This document shows, piece by piece, positions 41,421-51,556 of a stretch of 64,000 nucleotides of DNA. The DNA is from a virus: the UHGV virus genome UHGV-0112973; one strand, 5' to 3'. The notes beneath the pieces are model-generated. The model was not told the DNA's origin, did no database searches, and saw nothing but the letters and a program-made list of their open reading frames with translations. Position 1 is the first letter of the stretch; each line of letters opens with the position of its first letter. A program made the position numbers and the translations under genes.

Positions 41421-43336
41421 GCCGCTACCCCCGCTTTCTGGATTGCTACCAACAGATCAGCCAGGTGGCGAGCTGCGCCGTTAACCAGCTCTTCGTTTTC
41501 CTCAAAACGTCCGGCAGCCTGAAGGGCTGCAATCGCTTCCCGGACATTGCCCCGGGCGTTACGGATCTCCGCCATGTCAGTGCTTTGTATATCCATCACG
41601 TTATTGAGATATTCAATGGCTTTATTAGCCTCTGCATCTGCTTCGCTAACCGTTTCATCAGGCTGTGCCGGGGCCGGTTCTGGCTGAGTAATCTCACCGA
41701 CTTCGGCCTGCAATGCATTGATCATGCTCTGCACCATTTTCTCGGTGCCAGCGCCCCCAGGAAACGCAATATTGGGGAAAGTTTTTTGAAACTGAGTTTT
41801 CAGCATTACGCGGAACTCGTCTGGTGAGCTGGTGGCCAGCTCCAGAGCTTTTTGTGCATATTTGCCAAACGGACCATTAGTAAGTGTCTTCGCCAGGAAG
41901 TCGAAAGAATCCTCGCGAGGCAATAACTTCAGGTCGTACTCACTCATTTGCTGATCAGAAAGCGGGGTATCGTAAGTAGCAATGCCGTAGCGTGCATATT
42001 CATAATACGGGTCACCTTCATCAGGGCGCGGCAGAATTGCTTTGTTACCTTCAGGTATTGCGCCAGGGGCCGCCGGACGCATTTGCAGGGCATATCGATA
42101 TGCACCTACAGAGACTTCTGGTTCAGGCGAAGAGCTACCGGTATCCTCCGCTGGTTCAGGTTCGACGTTTTCCGGTTTATGTTCTTCTGGTTGGACCAGG
42201 TATTCCGATACATTACCCGCTTTATAGGCTTTAAACAGCTTGCCGATCGCATCTGCCATGTCCACACCCTGTATGGATTTAGCCTTGATCATGTATACGC
42301 TGCCATCCGGATCGGTTAACTGGATATACCCTTCGCCGCCCCCAATGAATTGCTTCATTGATGCTCCATTACTGAGCGTCACTTCCCCGTTCATATGCAT
42401 ACGATTTTTGATACTGGCAAGGCGATCCGTCAGCGCGCGCGAGTGCCCACCAGTCATCCCCGCTGGATCAATGGTATCGCGCCCACCTGTGCGATTGAGC
42501 TGATCAATCTCCGTCTGCAAACGCTCATTCTCTTCATAAAGAGAATCCGCTTCCGATGCAACAGCGTTAATTTTCTGCTCCAGATCTACCTTCTGCCCTT
42601 CTACCGCTGCCACCTGATCCGCGAGGTCGCTCATGGCATCCTCTTTCTGGTCACTGTCAGCCTGTAGTTGGGTTATTTCATCAACCAGGGCTTTTTTCTT
42701 CTTCTGCGCACGCTGGAATTTTGCCGAGTTTTTCTCTGCAAGGTTGGCAAGTTTCATGGTGACCTGCGCCAGCGTCATATCACGTCCACTCATCGGAGCA
42801 ACGGTGTGAGTAACGTCTTTTTTATTCAGTAAGAACTGGAAAGCAACCAGCGTATCGCTATTGGTGATCCGGTTTTCCGCTGTCGGGCTATGAAACAGAA
42901 TGCTGATAGTCTGACCATCACTGAGCGGAATAATGGCTGGCAGGACCGGCAGCCCGTTAACGTTACGTGCCCGGCCAATTTCAGCACCGCCGATCGCGCG
43001 CGCGCCGCTCTGGGCCACCTCCCCCGTTTTATCACTCCCCGCAGAGATTCCGGTACCATTCAGCTTCTGGTTCAATGCCCGGACAAATGCCTGCATGGTC
43101 CGGTGTAACTGCAAACGAGTAGAACTAATCGCCTCCAGTAAATCCGTAGCACACCAGTGGATCGGCGTGTCATAGAAGAACGTAGCCTCGATTTCCTCCA
43201 GGGTGTTGGATTCCGTCATCAGATAGCGGTCCTCACCGGCCATTAATGCGCGATATTCATCATCAGTCACTGGCGGGGGAAGCACGTCAAGCCCAGGCTT
43301 GATCGTCACCCCTTTATTGATATTTAACTGTTCCAT
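41417..43336 (-). CDS. darA: DarA-like internal head/antirestriction protein
   Basis: 639 aa; position between hdf and ddrA; coiled-coil central region. Confidence 0.65.
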   Translation of the reverse strand: MEQLNINKGVTIKPGLDVLPPPVTDDEYRALMAGEDRYLMTESNTLEEIEATFFYDTPIHWCATDLLEAISSTRLQLHRTMQAFVRALNQKLNGTGISAGSDKTGEVAQSGARAIGGAEIGRARNVNGLPVLPAIIPLSDGQTISILFHSPTAENRITNSDTLVAFQFLLNKKDVTHTVAPMSGRDMTLAQVTMKLANLAEKNSAKFQRAQKKKKALVDEITQLQADSDQKEDAMSDLADQVAAVEGQKVDLEQKINAVASEADSLYEENERLQTEIDQLNRTGGRDTIDPAGMTGGHSRALTDRLASIKNRMHMNGEVTLSNGASMKQFIGGGEGYIQLTDPDGSVYMIKAKSIQGVDMADAIGKLFKAYKAGNVSEYLVQPEEHKPENVEPEPAEDTGSSSPEPEVSVGAYRYALQMRPAAPGAIPEGNKAILPRPDEGDPYYEYARYGIATYDTPLSDQQMSEYDLKLLPREDSFDFLAKTLTNGPFGKYAQKALELATSSPDEFRVMLKTQFQKTFPNIAFPGGAGTEKMVQSMINALQAEVGEITQPEPAPAQPDETVSEADAEANKAIEYLNNVMDIQSTDMAEIRNARGNVREAIAALQAAGRFEENEELVNGAARHLADLLVAIQKAGVAA

Positions 43337-43337
43337 G

Positions 43338-43940
43338 TTAATTTCCTGCTTTCAGTTGCTTAAGACGACGTTTGAGTTCGCCATTCCGTGCCTTTTCGTT
43401 ATTGAGTCGGCCCGTCTCCTTATCCAGCTTCGCCCGCAAATCAGTGATCTGCTGTTGATTGAAAGACACCGAATTCTGCGCGGACTTATAAGCGGCAACC
43501 ACCTGAGCATTCCGCTGTTTTGCTTCTTGCAGGCGCTGAAAGTTGGATTTAACTGCCGGTTTCTTGTCTACCGGATTGGCAACACGCTTCGCTTTGGCGA
43601 TCAGTGATTTCTGGAATTTTGCGGAGTTTTTGCGGGCCGCCTGTCCCATGACGGTACCAAGCGTCTTGATATCCGGCGACTGAGCGTTAGGAATAGCTTT
43701 TCCATTCAGTTTCACAGACGATATATCGCCAGTATCGTTTACCTGTATGGCAAGAATTTGTCCGTCGTTAAGAACCAGCTTTGCGGTTTTAACTTTAACG
43801 CCATCTTTCGTTGTTGCGCGGTTGCTGGAGTCAACCTCAATTACCGTAACACCGGTTTTATTGATCGCCGCGATAAGGGATTTCAGCCCCTTTTCATTAA
43901 CCTGGTCAAAATCGACCGTTGCATACTTATTTTTCGTCAT
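43338..43940 (-). CDS. hdf: Hdf-like protein
   Basis: About 200 aa basic protein immediately upstream of darA. Confidence 0.5.
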   Translation of the reverse strand: MTKNKYATVDFDQVNEKGLKSLIAAINKTGVTVIEVDSSNRATTKDGVKVKTAKLVLNDGQILAIQVNDTGDISSVKLNGKAIPNAQSPDIKTLGTVMGQAARKNSAKFQKSLIAKAKRVANPVDKKPAVKSNFQRLQEAKQRNAQVVAAYKSAQNSVSFNQQQITDLRAKLDKETGRLNNEKARNGELKRRLKQLKAGN

Positions 43941-44370
43941 CTGACACATCCTGTGCGAGATTTATTACGTAACTTCTGCGGATTTGCTGAGTAACAGGGA
44001 AAATCCGATACAACGGGTTAATGAACGAGTCGCCATGCGTAACCATGATGTTGAAATGCCACAGTCGCTCTCCTTTACCCATATATTCAGTGGGTATGTA
44101 CAACCATTCACTGTTTTCGCCCTGTTCAGCCGACGTCAGACAACGTTGTTCACCTTCAATCACTGTCGTCGGCTTCTGAACATCGCGGATCCAATATCTG
44201 ACCGTTGCGCCGCGCAAAAACGGGAATTTAGACCGGTACTTGAACGGCACCCGGATGAAACCCGGTTTAATTTCCACATCACCAAGTTCTAAATGCGTGA
44301 TGTCCTTGCGTTTTAGCAAATAGCGATCGGCTAAGGCTAACGCAAGAACGCATACACCCCAGCCAATCAT
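43927..44370 (-). CDS. lydB: LydB-like antiholin
   Basis: 147 aa; coupled to the lydA-like holin gene. Confidence 0.45.
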   Translation of the reverse strand: MIGWGVCVLALALADRYLLKRKDITHLELGDVEIKPGFIRVPFKYRSKFPFLRGATVRYWIRDVQKPTTVIEGEQRCLTSAEQGENSEWLYIPTEYMGKGERLWHFNIMVTHGDSFINPLYRIFPVTQQIRRSYVINLAQDVSDDEK

Positions 44371-44696
44371 TTCCCGCCTCCCTTTTTCACCAAACTTGTA
44401 AGAACATTCAGAATGCTATCGATATTCACTCGTTTCATCCCTGAAATCACCTCATGACCGTTATTGCTGGCTATCGTTACCATTAAGTACGTAATTGATA
44501 ACTCCCAGCCCTCGTGTTGCCCCAATAGGTACGCCACCGCGCCAGCTGTCACTGCAACAAAGATCTCCGTAACCAATCCCAACAAATTGCCAGACTGGCG
44601 ACCGTCTCGGACATCCATCAGGAACGTGCCTATCCCACCAATTACTGAAAGCAGGAGCGCAATAGCAACTGGAGCTAATTCCTGTGTGTCAAGCAC
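44367..44696 (-). CDS. lydA: LydA-like holin
   Basis: 109 aa with hydrophobic helices (LAPVAIALLLSVIGGIGTFL..., FVAVTAGAVAYLLG). Confidence 0.5.
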   Translation of the reverse strand: MLDTQELAPVAIALLLSVIGGIGTFLMDVRDGRQSGNLLGLVTEIFVAVTAGAVAYLLGQHEGWELSITYLMVTIASNNGHEVISGMKRVNIDSILNVLTSLVKKGGGK

Positions 44697-44763
44697 AAGT
44701 TCCCTCCTACGTTGTCAGGAGGTAATGGTATGCAAAGTAACTTCTCAACCGGTCATTTGTTGC

Positions 44764-45045
44764 TTAAGAGGCATTTCTATTGAGGTACGAATCGATAATC
44801 CTTTGTAACTTTTCAAGAATGAGCCTGTTATTGATGCTGCAAATAATAGTCACGCAATTCTGAAGACTTTCATCCATACCCTTATATTCCGCGAAATACA
44901 TGCCTATAAAGCCTGCAAGTACGGCAGCAATACACTCGGCCATCAATTGCCTGCATGACGCTTCGTAACGTTTTTCACGAACCCCATTCAGAAACGAATG
45001 CACCCCGCCAAGGATGGAGAGGAGCATTATTGTGAAATCACACAT
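44764..45045 (-). CDS. holin-like small membrane protein
   Basis: 93 aa with two hydrophobic segments; upstream of lydA. Confidence 0.35.
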   Translation of the reverse strand: MCDFTIMLLSILGGVHSFLNGVREKRYEASCRQLMAECIAAVLAGFIGMYFAEYKGMDESLQNCVTIICSINNRLILEKLQRIIDSYLNRNAS

Positions 45046-45172
45046 AACTATTTCCTTAATAGTGAATTAAATATCATTGGGAAACGGTATGTACTTTGTG
45101 ATTTCCACACATACTGGTTTTTGTTAATTAAAATCCGCAGCTTGCTATAAATAACGATAGTGAGCAGAAAAT

Positions 45173-45307
45173 ATGCTAATAGGCTATGTACGCGTATCAA
45201 CAAATGAACAAAACACTGCTTTACAACGAAACGCTCTTGAAAGCGCAGGATGTGAGCTAATTTTTGAGGACAAGGCGAGTGGAAAAAAGGCTGAACGACC
45301 AGAGTGA
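45173..45307 (+). pseudogene. cin: truncated serine invertase gene (cin remnant, 44 codons)
   Basis: [44 protein letters not shown]-stop matches the N-terminus of Cin/Gin/Hin invertases including catalytic Ser. Confidence 0.75.
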
Positions 45308-45480
45308 AAAAGGCTTTTGATAGGTAAACTCTGGTCGTATGAAAGTTAAATTTGCGTGGGTGCAGCATGCGCTCACTCTTGAGGCATGAACGGTAATCAT
45401 CTGATAACTTGTAGCTCGATTATCCGGACGCACTGGAACCAGTCGATGCTTCCAGCGATCCAGATATTTCATTAAATGGA

Positions 45481-45891
45481 CTACGCCTCCGGGAACGCTG
45501 GCCAATTGACATCTGGTGCAGTGCTGGTATCCGTTGCGGTCACCGCATCGATATAATCCAGCACAGCGTTAAGACGGGTGGTTTCAGCCTGCGTAAGATT
45601 CCGCCCGGCCTGTAATTTCAGTTGAATAAGACTAATGGAAGCCATTGCGGTATCAATCAGCGACTGTTTTTTCTGTTCAGCGTCAGCTACCAGTTCATCA
45701 TGAGAACGTTCCGGAGTGGGTGGCGCAGTAAATCCCCCGTCTGAATACACCCAGCCGATTCCGGGCTGCTCACTGATATCAGAAATATTAATGAGCTGCT
45801 GATTATCCGGCACAGTGAATTCATCCTCGCCATCCCAGACAATGACATTCACAACCATCCCATTTTCAATAACTGCATATGACGCATTCAT
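45481..45891 (-). CDS. U: tail fibre assembly protein (U/Tfa-like)
   Basis: ATG overlapping S stop (TAATG); C-terminal ...VDWPAFPEA typical of Tfa chaperones. Confidence 0.7.
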   Translation of the reverse strand: MNASYAVIENGMVVNVIVWDGEDEFTVPDNQQLINISDISEQPGIGWVYSDGGFTAPPTPERSHDELVADAEQKKQSLIDTAMASISLIQLKLQAGRNLTQAETTRLNAVLDYIDAVTATDTSTAPDVNWPAFPEA

Positions 45892-48800
45892 TATGCAAAC
45901 TCCTCGATAATACAAACCCCATCAGCACCTTTCCCGCCCGTCATACTGGTTCCGCTATAACCTGCATCGTATGCACCACCTCCGCCTGAACCAAATGCCC
46001 TGCCTCTAACGCCACCGCCAGCGCCTGCACGTCCACCGCCTCCCCAGTACGATGCACCGCCTTCACCGCTGACACTGATATTCCCGGACTGACCGTCGCC
46101 TCCATCTCCACCAGTGATGCGGATATCGCCAATATTCGGTACGCCTCCGTTACCGCCGTTTGTGTTTGTGACTCCTACTTTTCCGCCGCCTTCACCACCA
46201 GGGGCTATTACCGATCCGAACGAGCTATCACCGCCCTTGAGGCCGTTCGTCGCACCAACGCCGCCGGCCCCACCTGCGCCGATAGTGACAGGATAACTAT
46301 TCTGTGTCGGGGTCAGTATGGTGATTACTGTCCCTCCGGCCCCACCGCCAGCACCGAAAAACGTTTCGTTACTGGATATAGCCTGGCAGCCACCCCCTCC
46401 GCCACCGCCGCCCGTTATTGTGACCCTGATCCGTTTTGTTCCTGGGGTTGGGGTATACGTACCTGATGAAGTGAAAACCTGGGTATTCACCAAACGCCCA
46501 ACATATCCGCTTGAATCGCTCAGGCCAAGGTTAGCAGCAGTTAAAGTAATATTTGCAGAACCATCAAACTTAACACCGTTGATAGTGCGTGCAGTCTGTA
46601 GTTTCGTTGCGGTTGCGGCATTACCGGTAGTGCTCTGATTACCTGCTTTATTCACGCCCGGCAGGTCGATATTGGCACTACCATCAAATGACACCCCGCC
46701 GATTGTGCGTACTGTTTGCAGTTTTGTTGCAGTTGCAGCATTACCGTTCAAACTACCATTGATGCCGCCAGTAACATTGAGTCCATTACCGATCGTAACA
46801 GTACCATTGGCATTGTTAATGATAAGCGGCCTTAAATTATTATAGGTTCCCAGGCTGTTACCCGAATTGGTCAACATGAAATATGTGTTTGAACCATCGT
46901 TTCGGATAAAGAATCCGTAGTTTCCGTAGGCAATGCGCAGACCATTCGCCGATTTTGAAATGATCTCACCAGTAGCCGTTAAACCGCCGTTGAGATTTCC
47001 TCCGGTTATTGGTAATGCGCCGACATCCGTGGCGGTCGGTTTAATGTGCGAACTGTAAATTACATATACAGTTCCATCTGTCAGGCCTGTTGGTTTATTC
47101 GCTGTATAAGATGGTGATGTATGAATCGTTACGCTGGCGTTACTGGTATAATCCCACTGAATATTAACACGTGTGGTGTAATTACCTATTTCAACATAAA
47201 CATCATAGGTATCACCGGATGTATTCACCCATGCAAAATTAGTAAATCCAACCGATGTCCGTCGCCATAACGCACCAGTAAGACCTTTTGGATTCCCATT
47301 TCCCGCACGAAGAACAAGTTCAGATATACCAGCCTGCATAGGGGAGTTAACATTATATCCAGAACCACCAATCAGGCTTATGTAAACCACGGAACTGGAC
47401 TGTGGCATGGTTACAGTTGCCAGCTTGAACCATCCAGTACCACCACTAAAAGACATTGTTGTTGAGTTGATCGTGCCTATAGACCTTGGAGTTAGCTCAA
47501 TGTTTTTAGAACCGTCAAACAACACCCCATTTATAGTTCTAGCGGTTTGTAACTTGGTCGCTGTCGCTGCATTACCGGATGTATTCTGATTACCCGCAAC
47601 GTTAACACCAGGTAAATTAATATTCGCAGTACCATCAAAGCTAACTCCGCCGATAGTTCTTGCCGTCTGTAGTTTTGTAGCAGTTGCTGCATTGCCAGTT
47701 GTATTCTGATTGCCAGTGGCATTCACACCAGGAATGGAGTCCCTTGATGTATATACCTGCGCCCACGCTGACCATGCCGCATCAGTGTGATCTCTTCGGG
47801 AGCGAATGAAAACCGGCGCATGTGCACCGCTCGTACCACTCCAGCCAATAAGCAACTCGCCCTCACCAGCAGCACTCGCACCTTTCATGTGCAATACGTT
47901 GCCATACGCGGTCGGGTAGCTATTGTTGTACGCCTCATACATCTGCAATCCAGTAGAAGCACCTTGTGTTGTATCGGTGAGCGCAGTAACACGCCCTCTG
48001 GACGCAATTGTTGGTATCGAAATGTTCGCAGAACCATCAAACTTAACACCGTTGATTGTGCGTGCTGTTTGCAGTTTTGTTGCAGTTGCGGCATTACCGG
48101 TAGTGCTCTGATTACCTGCTGTATTCACACCTGGCAGGTCGATATTGGCACTACCATCGAATGACACTCCGCCTATTGTGCGTGCTGTTTGCAGTTTTGT
48201 TGCAGTTGCAGCATTACCGGTAGTGCTCTGATTACCTGCTTTATTCACGCCCGGCAGGTCGATATTGGCACTACCATCGAACGACACTCCGCCGATTGTG
48301 CGTGCTGTTTGCAGTTTTGTGGCGGTGGATGCATTACCTGTCAAAGATCCACTAAGAGCCACGGCACTAAGAGACTTAACACTTACATCCTGACCCCATC
48401 CGGAAACAACAACCTGACTCCACGCTGCCCAGCTTCCATTAACAACAAAGCGAACGTATATACGTTTTGTGTCGTTGCTGATCAGCGTTTGCATGTTCGC
48501 ATAATCCGAAGCAGAAACTTTGCGAGTCGACTCTACACGGAGCAAAAAGTTACCGTTTACGCCGTCAGGCTTGTTGGTGATATTTGCACCACCTCCAAAG
48601 GTTGGACAATAATAATATTTAATTGCCCCGACATCTGAGCTGATGGTCAGGTTGTTAAGATCAACCGTCTGGCCGCCAATTTTTTCCGGCTCGATGGCTC
48701 CTGCTATCCCGGCACTGAATGTAGCAGCAGCTGAAAACGCTGTCTTACCTTTGAAAGTCTGTTGAGAACTCCAGGTATTAGCTGTGCTCAACAGGGGGAT

Positions 48801-50195
48801 CTTTTCGCCGCTGGTTCCGATTTCTCTTAAACCAAGGTATTGGATAACAGCCAGTGTGCTTGTTTTAGCCAGGATATCGCGACCGACTGACGTTAAATCA
48901 GTCTGGGAAACAGTGTCTGTACCGGTAAAGTACGGCAATTTATTTGCGCCTGTCGCAAGACCAGCAAGCGCGGTTAAAGTTGCATCCAGAGGCTGTTTGC
49001 CTGCCAGCGCATTTGTCATTGTTGTCGCAAAGTTCGGGTCATTGCCCAGTGCTGCTGCAAGCTCATTCAGGGTATCAAGAGCTTCAGGTGATGAGCCGAC
49101 CAATGCAGAGATAGCAGCTCTTACATAAGCGGTCGTAGCAATCTGCGTGTTATTCGTACCCTGTGCAGCGGTAGGCGCAGTAGGTATTCCCGTTAATGCA
49201 GGACTTGCTAAAGGAGCTTTAAGAGCCAGAGCATTGTTGATAGTTGTGCTGAAATTCGGGTCGTTATTGATCGCAGCAGCTATTTCTTTAAGCGTATCCA
49301 GAGTGCCAGGTGCACCGTTGATAAGTGCCGTTATAGCTGCCTTAACAAAGGCTGTATTTGCGATCTGCGTGCTGTTTGTACCTTGCGCTGCCGTCGGCGC
49401 GGTTGGCGTTCCTGTCAGACTCGGGCTTTCTATTGGCGCTTTGGTATCAGCCAGCTCTTTTACAGACTTAACGGCTTTAGGGGTAGCCGCCATTGTTTCG
49501 CTGTCGCTGTTAGTTGCGCTACTGAGCTGAACTAATCCCTTTTGTGTTGTGCTTGCATCCTGCGCCGTATACTTGCTTTTAGCCAGATCGTAGGCTTTTT
49601 TAACCGCCAGCGAACTTGCAGCGACATCACTTCTGGTACTGGTTACAGAGTCGGAAATTTCAATGCCTATCGCGAGATCGATGCGGTCGGATACATCTAT
49701 CATTTCCTTAGTAATAGCAGATACGCCAGCAGGGATATTCACCGTACAAACAAGCAGTTCTCCATCTCCTAACTGATATGAATCGGTATAGGTTCTGGCA
49801 ACAAATTCAGCCGCATGAATATGTGACGCGGTATTAACCTGATAAGAATCTTCTCCAAGGAGGTATCTTCCCTTCAGCACAATTGCATATTTCTTACCTG
49901 CGCTAAGTGCAAGAGAAATATCCTTACGCTGCTGAATAGTTACCTGGTAGAATTCACCAATATTCACTGACGCCGCGCCAGCGGTTTTATCACCATCCAC
50001 TGAGGTGATTAACAGGTTCATCCCACCGCCAGGCTTAGGAAAAAAACCGGCATAAAATCCAGGGTCAACAATTCCCCTGAATTTTCGGTTTAGCGCGGCT
50101 GACAGATATGGTTCGTGGTATTGCACATCAGCCACCAGAGCCAACGACTCGGGTGATGGGTAAGTAACCGATGTGACAACTGTAACGTCATTCAT
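45891..50195 (-). CDS. S: tail fibre protein S (long, repeat-containing, Gly-rich tip)
   Basis: About 1434 aa from MNDVTVVTSVTYPSPESLALV; T4-like fibre repeats; 7 copies of a 39-aa repeat; Gly-rich C-terminal 170 aa. Confidence 0.8.
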   Translation of the reverse strand: MNDVTVVTSVTYPSPESLALVADVQYHEPYLSAALNRKFRGIVDPGFYAGFFPKPGGGMNLLITSVDGDKTAGAASVNIGEFYQVTIQQRKDISLALSAGKKYAIVLKGRYLLGEDSYQVNTASHIHAAEFVARTYTDSYQLGDGELLVCTVNIPAGVSAITKEMIDVSDRIDLAIGIEISDSVTSTRSDVAASSLAVKKAYDLAKSKYTAQDASTTQKGLVQLSSATNSDSETMAATPKAVKSVKELADTKAPIESPSLTGTPTAPTAAQGTNSTQIANTAFVKAAITALINGAPGTLDTLKEIAAAINNDPNFSTTINNALALKAPLASPALTGIPTAPTAAQGTNNTQIATTAYVRAAISALVGSSPEALDTLNELAAALGNDPNFATTMTNALAGKQPLDATLTALAGLATGANKLPYFTGTDTVSQTDLTSVGRDILAKTSTLAVIQYLGLREIGTSGEKIPLLSTANTWSSQQTFKGKTAFSAAATFSAGIAGAIEPEKIGGQTVDLNNLTISSDVGAIKYYYCPTFGGGANITNKPDGVNGNFLLRVESTRKVSASDYANMQTLISNDTKRIYVRFVVNGSWAAWSQVVVSGWGQDVSVKSLSAVALSGSLTGNASTATKLQTARTIGGVSFDGSANIDLPGVNKAGNQSTTGNAATATKLQTARTIGGVSFDGSANIDLPGVNTAGNQSTTGNAATATKLQTARTINGVKFDGSANISIPTIASRGRVTALTDTTQGASTGLQMYEAYNNSYPTAYGNVLHMKGASAAGEGELLIGWSGTSGAHAPVFIRSRRDHTDAAWSAWAQVYTSRDSIPGVNATGNQNTTGNAATATKLQTARTIGGVSFDGTANINLPGVNVAGNQNTSGNAATATKLQTARTINGVLFDGSKNIELTPRSIGTINSTTMSFSGGTGWFKLATVTMPQSSSVVYISLIGGSGYNVNSPMQAGISELVLRAGNGNPKGLTGALWRRTSVGFTNFAWVNTSGDTYDVYVEIGNYTTRVNIQWDYTSNASVTIHTSPSYTANKPTGLTDGTVYVIYSSHIKPTATDVGALPITGGNLNGGLTATGEIISKSANGLRIAYGNYGFFIRNDGSNTYFMLTNSGNSLGTYNNLRPLIINNANGTVTIGNGLNVTGGINGSLNGNAATATKLQTVRTIGGVSFDGSANIDLPGVNKAGNQSTTGNAATATKLQTARTINGVKFDGSANITLTAANLGLSDSSGYVGRLVNTQVFTSSGTYTPTPGTKRIRVTITGGGGGGGGCQAISSNETFFGAGGGAGGTVITILTPTQNSYPVTIGAGGAGGVGATNGLKGGDSSFGSVIAPGGEGGGKVGVTNTNGGNGGVPNIGDIRITGGDGGDGQSGNISVSGEGGASYWGGGGRAGAGGGVRGRAFGSGGGGAYDAGYSGTSMTGGKGADGVCIIEEFA
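46550..48340 (-). repeat. in-frame coding repeats within S (7 copies of about 117 bp in 3 clusters)
   Basis: Near-identical DNA units encoding GNAATATKLQTARTIGGVSFDGSANIDLPGVN... Confidence 0.8.
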
Positions 50196-50206
50196 CAAGC
50201 ATATCC

Positions 50207-50641
50207 TTATGCTGTAGTCGTGTTTATGGCCATAACTGCGGTATATGTTTTGCCCACATACAGCGAGTCTTCCTGGACACAAATAATGGCGATTGGCTTG
50301 TTCTCGTTATCCAGAACAACCAGAGTGTTGAATGGGTAGTTTTTCCCTTTCTGCAACTGGCTTTGATCAAGGTCCATTCGGACAGTAATTATCCCGCCTG
50401 AGTAGGTTGGGACGAGGTTGATGGTGCAAAATTTACTGGTCAGTTCTGCCAGCTCGAAAGCCTTTGGCAGTTCTCCAATCTCATAAGTGCCATCTCCTTT
50501 CTTAGTAACCAGTGAACTGGTACCGAAAACGGCCTTGCTGATTAAAAATCGAGAGCCTTTGTTAATGGACGATTCAGCGCGCCGCTGATAGTAATAGTCC
50601 AACAACTGACTCTTATAGAGGTTTGTTGAGACGTCAGACAT
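50207..50641 (-). CDS. tail fibre-associated structural protein (R-like)
   Basis: 144 aa immediately upstream of and overlapping the S start. Confidence 0.45.
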   Translation of the reverse strand: MSDVSTNLYKSQLLDYYYQRRAESSINKGSRFLISKAVFGTSSLVTKKGDGTYEIGELPKAFELAELTSKFCTINLVPTYSGGIITVRMDLDQSQLQKGKNYPFNTLVVLDNENKPIAIICVQEDSLYVGKTYTAVMAINTTTA

Positions 50642-50719
50642 GATTTTCCCTAATCAATGTTGTGAAGCCTCATTGTAAGAGAAGTAACTTGTCACCCCGC
50701 CCTGCGGACGGGGTGATTG

Positions 50720-51556
50720 TCAGGCGTCGCTATCCAGCAACAAATCATCTGCGCGTGTGCGATCAAACGTAGGTGTCGCTTTCACAATAGTGCCACCAGG
50801 CGTTGCGGTGATCGGGGCGCTAATCGACGTAACTCCAGTAAGCGAAGTTGTATCCGAAGTTTCAAACCAGCAGTACGCTTTTTCGGTATCAGAAATCTCG
50901 TTCAAAGTGATCATGTCGGCCTGTTCATTCACAACAACCGACAAATAGAGCGTAAGCCCATCAAACACTATATGCAGTGGCAGTAGAGGCTTTACGAACT
51001 GATTAAACTTTCTGAGAATTTCTTCTGTAATTGCGGACTGATCTATCGTGCCAGTAATACCCATTGTCCGGGCCAGGTCGTTTATGGGAATACTGATCAT
51101 CCCTCTGGAAGTCAGAAACATCTCACCGAATGTGCCGCCGGTAGTTTCCAGTGTGCTTTCTGGTATTAGAACTGTGCCATAGGGATGACGTTCAAGGTCC
51201 ACCGGTGCATATATCGGATCCCATAAAACAGAAATACCATTAAATTCGCGGTAAATTGTCTGGTTTATAGGGCGTTCAGTCCCCTTAAAGTGAATCTCAT
51301 CAAGCCGCTGTTGTAACAACATCGGAACGGAAGATGAGTTTGAGGTTCTGATAGTAAAGAACTGGCCAAGTTCATTTGTCCTGGTCTCCAGATCCTCCTT
51401 GCTCATGGAAAAAATAGACTTCCGGTTGGTAATTCGCTCCAACCATGGGTCAACAAAGGTGTCCATCATTGACTGAACCAAATCAGCCAATGATTTATAG
51501 AGCAATGACTTTTGCTTAGCTGATGTAAGCCGATTATTAAACCAGGAACGTTGCAT
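50720..51556 (-). CDS. baseplate/tail structural protein
   Basis: About 278 aa; ATG after GGAGGA; coupled (TGATG) to upstream baseplate gene. Confidence 0.4.
   Translation of the reverse strand: MQRSWFNNRLTSAKQKSLLYKSLADLVQSMMDTFVDPWLERITNRKSIFSMSKEDLETRTNELGQFFTIRTSNSSSVPMLLQQRLDEIHFKGTERPINQTIYREFNGISVLWDPIYAPVDLERHPYGTVLIPESTLETTGGTFGEMFLTSRGMISIPINDLARTMGITGTIDQSAITEEILRKFNQFVKPLLPLHIVFDGLTLYLSVVVNEQADMITLNEISDTEKAYCWFETSDTTSLTGVTSISAPITATPGGTIVKATPTFDRTRADDLLLDSDA

Noticed and set aside
41097-43108. Several 60-120-aa plus-strand ORFs inside darA and ddrA
   Set aside because: Antisense to long, well-supported minus-strand genes with no independent start signals; shadow ORFs.
45048-45505. 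Minus-strand ORFs 45048-45368 and 45257-45505 as a possible alternative tail-fibre tip
   Set aside because: They have no similarity to the C-terminus of S or to Tfa proteins and overlap the cin remnant on the opposite strand; treated as spurious.
46380-46420. Poly-glycine coding stretch in S as a possible slipped-strand phase-variation tract
   Set aside because: The DNA is not a homopolymer or simple short tandem repeat (mixed GGN codons), so slippage-based switching is unlikely.
46550-48340. Regularly spaced near-identical repeats that could be mistaken for a CRISPR array
   Set aside because: The units are about 117 bp, in frame within the tail-fibre ORF, and encode a repeated protein motif; no short repeat/spacer periodicity and no cas genes.
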